The notes below the pieces were generated by a model that saw only the letters and a program-made list of their open reading frames with translations, did no database searches and was not told where the DNA came from. From the NCBI GenBank assembly GCA_963851415.1, contig CAWKPF010000003.1:2184097-2248096 (forward strand): a stretch of DNA of 64,000 nt, read 5' to 3'. Below, one piece after another: positions 21,001 through 29,136 of this stretch. The DNA comes from an uncultured Acidobacteriota bacterium. Its GTDB lineage: Bacteria > Acidobacteriota > Thermoanaerobaculia > Multivoradales > Multivoraceae. The position numbers and the translations under genes were made by a program. The stretch's first letter is position 1. Every line of letters begins with the position of its first letter.

Positions 21001-21194
21001 CCATGGCGATCTCGATCGCCTGGGGACTCACTTTCTCCACCGTACTGTGCCTCGTGCTGATCCCCTGCGTCTACCGGATCTTCGACGACATCTCGAAGTT
21101 GCTGTTCAAGCGCCCGCTCTCGTCTCGACCCGCCGACGCACCGGAGCCCGGGGGATCGGAGACGTCGATCGCCCTGCCCACGGCAGGCGGCTGA
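18039..21194 (+). CDS. RND permease (AcrB/AcrD/AcrF family)
   Basis: 1051 aa. GLIVDDAIVVCENI, GIVVNDSLIL and RLRPIILTSVTT motifs. Confidence 0.95.
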   Translation: MSLPRFSVGNPVLVNLIVVLIVIAGAQAYRTMPKDQYPDVAMAAVIVRTVMPGAAPKEIEQLVTIPLEEELAKLDDIDSMESTSAEGISQIFIQFDVDSDRNFEKLTEVQNKIDQVQRFPEDAEPPLVREAKPPFFTATVAILGSAPEHEVKEFSDDLEDALKLLDGVAEIRATGLREREIWVEADPTRLYSYGLSLADVSQALARRNLNLQGGNIRMGRGEFAVRTEAEFQNLEQIRGTILREDENGYVYVRDVATVRDTFEERRSLARLDGQPSVNLIINKDRSSNTLTLIDDIKAKVEEFEGRLPAGTYIRIVDDSSIEIRNRLNGLYSNLLLGLALVILSISIFIGRRAALMVAFGIPVAFLATFTMIQWYGYSVNTLVLFSLILVIGLIVDDAIVVCENIYRHYEAGMPITDAAIKGTEQIIKPVTATVMTTVAAFLPLLLMGGILGEFMGIIPVVVSLALVASLFEAFVILPAHVADWGARRDRRDESRGIGESRPWLQNLLGRYSRLLEFSLRFRYPAVAVALLVAVLCAHLAFNKMDFILFGGRDLDAFAVAVEAPPGATIEETTRILTEIERRAMVLGERTGETESVRTEVGSLGRNSANRTTGMHVGEVTLDLVDLTERERMGGEVRDELRALLRDITGVRSLNIEDARTGPPVGKAVAVRVIGNNLDTLKSISEEIKAYLRTLDGVKDVIDSFPPGKDEVRPVLDLDRIAALGLDVQTIAREIRGAFDGLEATRVYDGHEEIEVMVKYDEAHRSSLANLADMQFATPRGMVPFSNVAHLERTQGVAQIEHYFQNRTITVTADVVPGVTTSNRANEMLMEQFADVPDRYPGYILELGGEYEDTQESVDAMFRAFTVSVVLIYVILGGLFRSFAQPLIVMFALPFAFIGVILGFYVLREPLGMFSIIGAIALAGIVVNDSLILIDFINRKRGEGLGEIDSIVTASAMRLRPIILTSVTTILGLLPMGLGLFGVDRFLKPMAISIAWGLTFSTVLCLVLIPCVYRIFDDISKLLFKRPLSSRPADAPEPGGSETSIALPTAGG

Positions 21195-21270
21195 GCACCG
21201 CCTCCCACCCCTCCGGCGGCATCCACGAGCACGTCACCCACGAGCTGCCCGTCGAGCGGCCGGGGAGAGG

Positions 21271-22146
21271 CTACCGAGCCCTGCGAATCAGCACGTCCCC
21301 ATTGAGTGTCTCCAACTGCAACCTCGGACCGCCACCACCGATCCGAGCCACGGTGAAGCCGCCGACCCGAAAGCGCCTGCTGCCCGAGTCGGTCGTCTCC
21401 TCGACGACCTCCGTGCCAGGAATCAGCTCGAAGGGGAAGTCGCTGGAGAGCTCGCCGAACCTGCTCTGAAGCGCGAGCTCGGCACCGGTCCCCTCCGGAA
21501 CACCGATCTCGATCGAGCCATTGACGGTCTCGAACCAGGAGTCGCCCGACGGCGCCGACACGAACACGGCTTCGACGCCGCCATTGACGGTCTCGATGCT
21601 CCCGGCTCCGTCGGCGCCCTTCAGTCGCACCGAGCCATTGACGTTGTTCAGGTGGAAGTCCCCCCGCACCCCCAGGACTTCGATGTCTCCCTCGGTCACC
21701 GTGCGCAGCGTGAGCTGGGTGCGCACAGGGACCTCGATCTCGAAGTCGTACCGCACGCGATAGCCCGGGTCGTCGTGCCTGCGCCACGAAGAGCGATCTC
21801 GCCGGTCACGAAATGGACCTTCGACGAACAGCTCTACCGAGCCCCCACTCTGGGTCGGGACGACGGACACCTCGCGACTCGCAGCATCGGCGCGAGTCGC
21901 GTCCCGAGCGCGAATCGTCTCGTGGATCGTCGCGACGATCCTGCCGGGCTCTCCCGCCGTCACACGAATCTCGCCGAAGAGGTTGTCCACCAGCAGACGT
22001 GCCGGGGCATCGACCAGATCGAAGCGGTGATCGAAACTGCGCGCTCTGCGCACCCGGTCGCGCTCTTCGGCCCGGACCGCGGCGGGCACAAGCAGCTGGC
22101 ACCAGAGAACGGCGAGCAGGGGCGCGAAGGCAAAGACTTTCCTCAT
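21271..22146 (-). CDS. DUF4097 beta-strand-repeat secreted protein
   Basis: Signal peptide and repeated (E/N)TVNGxV/I beta-solenoid motifs. Confidence 0.85.
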   Translation of the reverse strand: MRKVFAFAPLLAVLWCQLLVPAAVRAEERDRVRRARSFDHRFDLVDAPARLLVDNLFGEIRVTAGEPGRIVATIHETIRARDATRADAASREVSVVPTQSGGSVELFVEGPFRDRRDRSSWRRHDDPGYRVRYDFEIEVPVRTQLTLRTVTEGDIEVLGVRGDFHLNNVNGSVRLKGADGAGSIETVNGGVEAVFVSAPSGDSWFETVNGSIEIGVPEGTGAELALQSRFGELSSDFPFELIPGTEVVEETTDSGSRRFRVGGFTVARIGGGGPRLQLETLNGDVLIRRAR

Positions 22147-22338
22147 CGTCGACTCCTGAGGAGGGGATCCTGGATCTCGGGTTCGATTCTCACGTCACTG
22201 AGTACGAGGACTCCCCGCGGCCTTCCTGGTTACGCTCTACCTTCGGCCCTGCCAGGTCTTTCCAGATAGACTCTCGGCTCTACCCGTAGTCAGCGCGTCC
22301 GACGCGCACCCACTCAAACCAGACAATTCAAGGGAGCC

Positions 22339-22731
22339 ATGAACATGACCCGTTTGTTCAATCGTCAGGCCATCCTCCTCTGCCTCGTCGCTCTTCTCTT
22401 CCTCACCGCCGGTATCGCGGTGGGTAAAGCCGGGGTCGAGAAGCCCAGCTCGGTCATTCACGTGGTCACCGTCAACTGGGCGGACGGTGCCAGTGAGGCC
22501 GACATCCAGAAGGCACTCGACGGCGTCGAAGAGATGGCCTCCGCCTATGACGGCATCAGCCGCGTGTGGCTGCGCAGCATCAAATCGCAGACCAAGGACG
22601 CTGCGTTCGTCATGGAGTTCACCAGTGAGAAGGCGCTTGCCGACTACGCCGGCAGCGACGCCCAGAAGAAGTGGTACGAGGTCTACATGCCGGTCCGCGG
22701 CCAGAGCACGACCAGCGACATCACGAACTGA
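22339..22731 (+). CDS. Secreted Dabb (stress-responsive alpha/beta barrel) family protein
   Basis: Signal peptide. VIHVVTV and AFVMEF-x4-AL-x-DY motifs. Confidence 0.75.
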   Translation: MNMTRLFNRQAILLCLVALLFLTAGIAVGKAGVEKPSSVIHVVTVNWADGASEADIQKALDGVEEMASAYDGISRVWLRSIKSQTKDAAFVMEFTSEKALADYAGSDAQKKWYEVYMPVRGQSTTSDITN

Positions 22732-22903
22732 CCGGAACCTCTCAGGGACTGCTGAGCGGTGCCTGTCGCTCTCCGGCGTCGTCCGTGGAAGCCGGAGAGC
22801 GCCTCGGTCCCGGCCCGGATCTGAACCGGTCTGGCCTTCCTGCCGATCGCTGGAAGTGCGTGCAGTAGACTGCCGCGCATTCACCACGACAGGAGGGGCC
22901 TCG

Positions 22904-24520
22904 ATGATTCGCCGTCTCACGATCGGTCCAGCTGTGCGCGGGGGCGCGCTCTGTGCGGTACTCGTGGGCCTCGCCGCCTGTGGAGCTACCGAGGAGGTCA
23001 CGGTCGTCGATCGAACCGAGAGCTCCAGCGAAGAGGCGCCGCGCCCCATGGGCCTGGTCGTTCGCACCGACGACGTCGCACCCGGCTACGTTCTCTTCTC
23101 TCCCCTCAGCTCGGGGATGACCTACCTGCTCGACACCGAGGCGAAGGTCGTCCACAGCTGGGACAGCGACTACTCGCCCCATTCGCTCTACCTGCTCGAG
23201 AACGGCGATCTCCTGCGGCCCGGCCGCGATCCGGACGCCGTCGGCTTTCAGGCCGGCGGAGCCATGGGGCTGGTGGAGCTGTTCAACTGGGAGGGCGATC
23301 GCCTCTGGCACTGGAAGCTGTCTGACGACAGGCAGATTCTTCATCACGACATCGAGCCCCTTCCCAACGGCAACTTTCTCGCTATCGGCTGGGAGCTGAT
23401 CACGCCCGAGGAAGCGCTCGCGGTCGGCCGCCGCGGCGACCTGCTGCCGGAGGAGGGACTGTGGGCCGACTTCATCGTCGAGGTCGAGCCTCTCCCCCCC
23501 GACGACGCCAGAATCGTCTGGAAGTGGCGGATCATGGACCATCTCGTGCAAGACATCGACGAGAGCCTGCCCAACTACGGAGTTCCCGCCTCCCATCCCC
23601 ACCGGCTCGACATCAATGGTGGCGGCCCGCCTCTTCAGATCGACGCCGACCAGCTCGCGGAGCTCCAGGCTCTGGGCTACGTGCCTACCCCGGCGGAGGA
23701 TGAGGCCGCGAAGCAGGCAGCCGAGGCCGATGACGAAGAGACGGACCTGTCGCCCGATTGGCTGCACGTCAATGCCGTCGACTGGCACCCCACGCTCGAC
23801 CAGATGGCCGTGACCGCCCCGGAGCTCGGCGAGGTGTGGATCCTGAATCGCCCCTCCTCCACCGCCGAAGCGGCCGGCGAGGCAGGCGATCTCCTCTATC
23901 GCTGGGGCAACCCATCCATCTACGGGCGGGGCCCCACCGAGAGCAAACGGCTCTTCTACCCTCACGACGTGCAGTGGATCCCGGAAGGCTACGAGTACGC
24001 CGGAGAGATGACCGTGTTCAACAATGGCAGTGGACGCCCGCAAGGCGAGTGGACCTCGATCGAGCAGTTCCGGCCCCCGCTCCGGGACGACGGCACATAC
24101 GAGCTGGCCGTAGGACAGCCGTACGGCCCGGCCGACCTCACCTGGCACTACCGCGCCGAGGACCCCGAGTCGTTCTTTGCCCCGTTCATCTCCGGTGCCC
24201 ATCGTCTACCCAACGGCAACACCTTCGTGACCTCGGGACCCGAGGGACGTCTCTTCGAGATCGATCTCGCAGGGAAGACTGTGTGGGAGTTCTGGAATCC
24301 GTGGGGTGGTGACGTGCGCAAGCGCAACACCAACGGCCCGAGAGGCGATTCCTTCAACCGTCGGTTGGCCTACGGCATCTGGCGCGCGCAGAAGTACTCG
24401 CCCGACTTCCCGGCCCTGGCGGGCCGAATGCTCGCGCCGCTCTCTGCCCAGCCCGAGCCCTTCGAGCTTCCTGCGCCGCCTCCAGAGGACGAGACCGGAG
24501 ACGACGCACAGAGCGAGTAG
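22904..24520 (+). CDS. Arylsulfotransferase (ASST)-like lipoprotein
   Basis: LAAC lipobox. HHDIEPLPNGN, DWLHVNAV, YRWGNP, PHDVQW, VFNNG and SGAHRLPNGNT motifs. AGGAGG RBS. Confidence 0.88.
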   Translation: MIRRLTIGPAVRGGALCAVLVGLAACGATEEVTVVDRTESSSEEAPRPMGLVVRTDDVAPGYVLFSPLSSGMTYLLDTEAKVVHSWDSDYSPHSLYLLENGDLLRPGRDPDAVGFQAGGAMGLVELFNWEGDRLWHWKLSDDRQILHHDIEPLPNGNFLAIGWELITPEEALAVGRRGDLLPEEGLWADFIVEVEPLPPDDARIVWKWRIMDHLVQDIDESLPNYGVPASHPHRLDINGGGPPLQIDADQLAELQALGYVPTPAEDEAAKQAAEADDEETDLSPDWLHVNAVDWHPTLDQMAVTAPELGEVWILNRPSSTAEAAGEAGDLLYRWGNPSIYGRGPTESKRLFYPHDVQWIPEGYEYAGEMTVFNNGSGRPQGEWTSIEQFRPPLRDDGTYELAVGQPYGPADLTWHYRAEDPESFFAPFISGAHRLPNGNTFVTSGPEGRLFEIDLAGKTVWEFWNPWGGDVRKRNTNGPRGDSFNRRLAYGIWRAQKYSPDFPALAGRMLAPLSAQPEPFELPAPPPEDETGDDAQSE

Positions 24521-24699
24521 GAGGGCGGACCCGACGACGCCACTGCCGAGGATGCAGGCCCGTCTCCGTCGGGGGAGTAGCAGTCGCGTTGCCCAACCCG
24601 AGAGCGCTCTCGAGGGTCCACCCGCGACGAGTCGATGCGGTCGACCGAGACGCGGAGTTGAGACCGGTCCGAGAGCGGGAGGGGGAGGGGCTTCGGGCC

Positions 24700-24745
24700 A
24701 AATACTAGTAAATCAACCTAATCTATTATAACATCAAGGGTTGCA
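24700..24745. promoter_or_regulatory. AT-rich island, probable promoter or protein-binding site
   Basis: AATACTAGTAAATCAACCTAATCTATTATAACATCAAG in a GC-rich background, upstream of a GGGGAGG RBS. Confidence 0.5.
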
Positions 24746-24781
24746 CGGTCCCGGTGCTCACGACCTGGGGAGGACAAAACC

Positions 24782-25831
24782 ATGACCGACGCACCTCGCG
24801 ACCCGAGCTCGGGAGCTCCCGCTGACCCACCCGTGCCCATCGAGACCGGTCCACCTCCGCCTCCCCCGCCCACCGCCCAGCCGGCTCACGACCAGCCGCA
24901 CAGTGTCCTCTGCGAGCGGCACGGCCTGCGCTACAACCCTCGAACCCATGCCGGGTGCGCGCGCTGTCGCGGGGTCGCAGCATCGGCCAATCCAGCCATC
25001 AAGAGCCCCGCCAGCGGCCCCCCCCTGGTGTTCTGGATTCTGCTCGGCTCGGCGATGGTGGCCGGTGCGGTCCTGCTCTTCAGCGGCGGCCAACCGGAGG
25101 AGGGAGCGGCCGTCGCGACACCGGGGAGTGCCCCGGACGCCGGCTCACCGCCGGCTGAGTCCCCCGGCTCACCGACATCCGAGGGCGCAGGCGCCGACCC
25201 GGCAGTCGCCTCGACCACGGACTGGCCGACCCACGATGCCATCGGCGAGGTCTTCATCGAAGACCAGCCCGAGTCGGAGCCGTTCATGATCGACGACAAG
25301 GCCGCCCCCGACCTGCGCAGTGTTCGTTTCCGCGGATACAACGGCCATCTGCTGGTCACCTTCGAGTTCACGAGAGGTCTCGATGATCATGCGCGTGACA
25401 TGGCGGTCGGCCTCGTGCCCGCAGTCGCCTTCCTCGACAGTGACCTGAACGAATCCACGGGAGAGAAGGGCTTTGCCGGTAGGACGGGTTTCGAGAAGGC
25501 CATCGTGGGGTATGTCGGCGTTCGCTACGACCCCGACGCAGAGTCCTATCTCTGGACTGGAGGCCAGGCAGACACCCCGATCTTCGACCACGTTTGCAGC
25601 CACGACGTGGGAACGGTGAGCGGCTACTTCCTCGACCTGAGCTTCGACCCCGGGGACCCGGAGGCACTCGAGAACACGACCTGTTCTGGAACCACGCTGA
25701 CCGCGAGAGTGCCCTATGAGCGCCTCGGAGTGGTGGCCGGACAGCAGGTGCGCATCGCCACCGAAGAGAACATGGGCGGCGGGAACGTGCGCCAGTATTT
25801 CCTCGACGATGCCCTGATCACCCTTCAGTAG
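24782..25831 (+). CDS. Hypothetical bitopic membrane protein with a cytoplasmic Cys/His zinc-knuckle-like motif
   Basis: Pro-rich N-terminus, CERHGLRYNPRTHAGCARC, one TM, Pro/Ala/Ser linker, then a beta-rich domain with DSDLNESTG. Confidence 0.75.
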   Translation: MTDAPRDPSSGAPADPPVPIETGPPPPPPPTAQPAHDQPHSVLCERHGLRYNPRTHAGCARCRGVAASANPAIKSPASGPPLVFWILLGSAMVAGAVLLFSGGQPEEGAAVATPGSAPDAGSPPAESPGSPTSEGAGADPAVASTTDWPTHDAIGEVFIEDQPESEPFMIDDKAAPDLRSVRFRGYNGHLLVTFEFTRGLDDHARDMAVGLVPAVAFLDSDLNESTGEKGFAGRTGFEKAIVGYVGVRYDPDAESYLWTGGQADTPIFDHVCSHDVGTVSGYFLDLSFDPGDPEALENTTCSGTTLTARVPYERLGVVAGQQVRIATEENMGGGNVRQYFLDDALITLQ

Positions 25832-26087
25832 CGACACTCGACGGGCCAGGAAGTGCCGAATCCGGAAGTGCCGACTCGGCCAATCGCCTCATCAGGGCAA
25901 CGAAACTCCAGACGAGCGCCAGCCCCGAGGCGAGCACCGCCCACTCGCCGATGGCGAGCTGGAAGTCTCCCGGGCTCGTGATCCCCCGCTCGCAGCAGAA
26001 CAGCCCAGCGAGAACCACGCTGATCACTACGCCGTAGATCACGCTGACTCCAGCACTGTTCGCATACCGGACCGTGGTCGGTCTCAT
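25818..26087 (-). CDS. Small 2-TM hypothetical protein
   Basis: 89 aa, two hydrophobic helices, strong AAGGAGG RBS. Confidence 0.65.
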   Translation of the reverse strand: MRPTTVRYANSAGVSVIYGVVISVVLAGLFCCERGITSPGDFQLAIGEWAVLASGLALVWSFVALMRRLAESALPDSALPGPSSVATEG

Positions 26088-26300
26088 TGCAACCTCCTTC
26101 TGCTCTCTGCGTCTGGAAGACTCGGAAGCGGCGAATCCGATCGTCCCGCCCGATACTCCTGAGAAACGCCAATCGCTTCTCGAAGCCGCCAGCGCGCGTC
26201 ATCCTCGATTGCGTCGTGCTTCGATTTCGGGTGGCGGCTTTCGAGCAGGAACCCGTTTCCAGAGGACAGGGAACACATTGGGCTCCGGAGGCGAGATGAG

Positions 26301-28592
26301 ATGAGAAGCCAGCAGTGCGCAACCGATCCGATCCCCGGCAAGGCGGCTCGGGCGAGGGTGTTCATCGTCGACCAGGATCCCAACGAGGTCGGGCTGCTCG
26401 CTGCTTTGCTCCGAGAAGAGGGCTACGACGTCGAGTTGGCGACCTCGGCCCGCCAGGCGATGCATCTTCTACCCGAGGCGAACCCCGACCTGATCCTGAT
26501 CGAGATCGACCTGCCCGACGGCGACGGCGAGGACCTCCATCGGCTCCTGACGGCCGAGCTCGGCCTCGGGGAAGTCCCGGTGATCTTCCTCGGAGCCACC
26601 GGTGATCTCGAGAGGCGCGTCCGGGCTCTGGAGGTGGGGGGCGTTGACTTCGTGGCGCGGCCGTTCGCCCAGGACGAGCTTCTGGCGCGCATCAAACGGC
26701 ACATCACCGTCTCGCAGATTCGCTCGGCGTTGCGGGAATCCGAAGCCAAGTTCCGATCGGTGACCGAGTCCGCCGTCGACGCCATCGTGTCCATCAACGG
26801 CAGCGGCGAGGTTCTCGCCTGGAACCCGGCCGCGACCCGGATCTTCGGCTACGCAGAAAGTGAGATGGTGGGAGAGCCTCTCGATCGCATCATCCCCACT
26901 CGATTTCGCTCCGCCCATCATTCCGGGGTCGCTCGAGTCGCCACCGGAGGCCCGAGTCACATCCTCGGCAGCACGGTCGAGGTTTCCGCCCTCGACGCCC
27001 AGGGGTGTGAGCTTCCCGTCGAGCTGTCCCTGGCGAGCTGGACGCTCGATGGCGAGCGCTACTTCACCGGTATCCTGCGCGACATCAGCGAGCGCAAGGA
27101 GGCGGAGGCCAGGTTCCGATCGGTGACCGATGCCGCCATCGATGCGATCGTCTCCGCTGACCACACCGGAGAGATCGTCGGCTGGAATCGTGCGGCCGAG
27201 GAGATCTTCGGCTGGAGCGAGGAAGAGGCGCGCGGACAGAGGCTCGAGTTGATCATCCCGGAGCGTTTCCGCGAGGCCCACCGCAACGGCATGGATCGCA
27301 TGACCCGCACCGGGAAGGCCCAGGTGATCGGCACCACCGTCGAGTTGGCTGGGCTGCGCCGCGACGGACAGGAGATACCGATCGAGCTTTCTCTCTCCAC
27401 GTGGACCGTGGAACAGAGTCGTTTCTATACGGGGATCATTCGCGACATCAGCAAGCGCAAGGTCGCTGAAGATCAGTTACGCCGCTCCACCGAGGAGCTG
27501 GAGCGACAGCATGCAGAGCTGAAGCGCCAACACGAGGAGCTACAGAGATCCAAGGAGGCCCTTGCCGCGTCGTTTCGCCAGGCGCAGCGGCTCTTCTCGG
27601 CGGTCACCGACGGGATGCCCGGCGCGATTCTCAACGAGAAGTACCGCCTCGACGAGAAGATCGCGGCTGGCGGGTTCGGAGTGGTCTACAAGGCAACCCA
27701 GCTGGCCCTCGATCGCACGGTCGCCGTGAAGGTCCTGCGCCCCCCCTCTCAGGAGGACAACGACGCCCTGCTGCGCCGGTTCCGGCGCGAAGGTGTTTCG
27801 ACCTGTCGAGTGAATCACCTCAACGCCATCGCAGTGATCGACCTCGACGTCTCCGAGGGTGGCTTTCCCTACATCGTCATGGAGTACATCGCGGGACGCA
27901 CCGTCGCCCAGCTCCTCGACGACGCCCATCCACTACCCGTCGATCTCGCGCTCACCATCGGAGCCGACGTGGCAGCCATGCTGTCTGCAGCCCACAGAGC
28001 CGGAGTGATTCACCGCGACATCAAGCCTTCCAACGTGCTGATCCAGGGGTGCGGGGCCCAGGGGGAAGGCCCCCTCCAGGGCATGGTCAAGGTCCTCGAC
28101 TTCGGCCTGGCCCGTCTTCTCGAGGAGCCGGAGTTCGCCAATGTGACGCAGACGGGATTGATGGCCGGCACACCGGCCTACATGGCTCCGGAGCGACTCG
28201 GTTACCCGGGTGAAGAAGGCGCCTGCTCCGACGTCTATAGCCTCGGCGTGCTTCTCTACGAGTGCCTCGGCGGCCAGCATCCCTGGGCAGGTGACAGTGA
28301 TGTTCTGCGGATCATGCAGGCCAAGCTGAACTTGCAGCCACCGCCCCTCGAGCGCTTCGTGCAGGGTCTGCCGGAACATCTCGAGACCCTCATCTCACGG
28401 GCGCTGGAACGAGACTTCGAAGCTCGGCCCACCGCCGAGGAGATGGAGGCGACCCTCAGGTCGCTGATCGGAACCGGAATCGTCACCACGCAGCACTCGC
28501 ACGACGAGACGGCGTCCCAGCCCGGAGCCGAAGAGAGCTGGATCGCCAAGAAGCTTCAGGAGCTCCCCTTTTCCGAGCTGCTGGGGGACTGA
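26301..28592 (+). CDS. Pseudo-receiver-PAS-PAS-coiled coil-Hanks-type Ser/Thr protein kinase
   Basis: Receiver fold with degenerate catalytic sites and two PAS/PAC repeats (FRSVT...RDIS). Kinase motifs VAVK, HRDIKPSN, DFG, GTPAYMAPE and DVYSLG. Confidence 0.93.
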   Translation: MRSQQCATDPIPGKAARARVFIVDQDPNEVGLLAALLREEGYDVELATSARQAMHLLPEANPDLILIEIDLPDGDGEDLHRLLTAELGLGEVPVIFLGATGDLERRVRALEVGGVDFVARPFAQDELLARIKRHITVSQIRSALRESEAKFRSVTESAVDAIVSINGSGEVLAWNPAATRIFGYAESEMVGEPLDRIIPTRFRSAHHSGVARVATGGPSHILGSTVEVSALDAQGCELPVELSLASWTLDGERYFTGILRDISERKEAEARFRSVTDAAIDAIVSADHTGEIVGWNRAAEEIFGWSEEEARGQRLELIIPERFREAHRNGMDRMTRTGKAQVIGTTVELAGLRRDGQEIPIELSLSTWTVEQSRFYTGIIRDISKRKVAEDQLRRSTEELERQHAELKRQHEELQRSKEALAASFRQAQRLFSAVTDGMPGAILNEKYRLDEKIAAGGFGVVYKATQLALDRTVAVKVLRPPSQEDNDALLRRFRREGVSTCRVNHLNAIAVIDLDVSEGGFPYIVMEYIAGRTVAQLLDDAHPLPVDLALTIGADVAAMLSAAHRAGVIHRDIKPSNVLIQGCGAQGEGPLQGMVKVLDFGLARLLEEPEFANVTQTGLMAGTPAYMAPERLGYPGEEGACSDVYSLGVLLYECLGGQHPWAGDSDVLRIMQAKLNLQPPPLERFVQGLPEHLETLISRALERDFEARPTAEEMEATLRSLIGTGIVTTQHSHDETASQPGAEESWIAKKLQELPFSELLGD

Positions 28593-29136
28593 AGGCTCCG
28601 GGAATCACCAACCGGCGTCTTTTGTTGTCACAACCAGGAAGATACCCACGGGGACGAAATGAGCCCGAAAACACTGGACTCTCCCTGAGTCTCTCCCCCG
28701 CCTCCGGCGGCGTGAGAGTCCACCTCGTGAAAGAAAAGACATCTCGCGGTGGCGGTTGTACGGTAGTTCATGTAATGATCCCCGAGGCGCTTCTGCGAGT
28801 AGCAGACCTGGTAAGGTACACTGCACTCGCGCACGACGCTCCCCACTCCTGAAGAAGTCAGGCCCGGAAAACAACCGGACCCCGAGCAAGACGGACAGAC
28901 CGGGAGCGCGTCGGCACAGCACTACGGGCAGCAGGTAGAGATCCGGCAGCCTGTCACGCTGGAGAAGCACGCGGCACCTCGCGCCAGAGCGCGGCTACGC
29001 CTCCAAGGAGATCCACGGAGACGCAGAGTTCGAGCCTGGCACACGCCACGCAACGCGGTACCACCGCTCGGGTCCAGGGGACTTCCAGGCAGGGACATCC
29101 ACGAGCCGGTGCTCACCGGAAGAGGAACTCAAGAGT

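Noticed and set aside
22166-22195. tRNA T-loop-like GGTTCGATTC
   Set aside because: The T-stem does not pair fully, and there is no acceptor, D or anticodon arm.
24711-24736. dif/XerD-like arm AATCAACCTAA
   Set aside because: The spacer to TTAT is 4 nt rather than 6, and there is no convincing XerC arm.
28628-28846. 72-aa ORF in the long intergenic region
   Set aside because: No RBS, atypical codon usage, and it overlaps promoter-like elements.
28834-28913. tRNA call for the cloverleaf-like fold
   Set aside because: It lacks the TTC T-loop, the D-loop GG and canonical arm lengths. Kept only as a candidate structured RNA.
29000-29065. c-di-GMP-I riboswitch-like GACGCAGAG
   Set aside because: The GNAAA start, tetraloop/receptor and P1 closure do not match.
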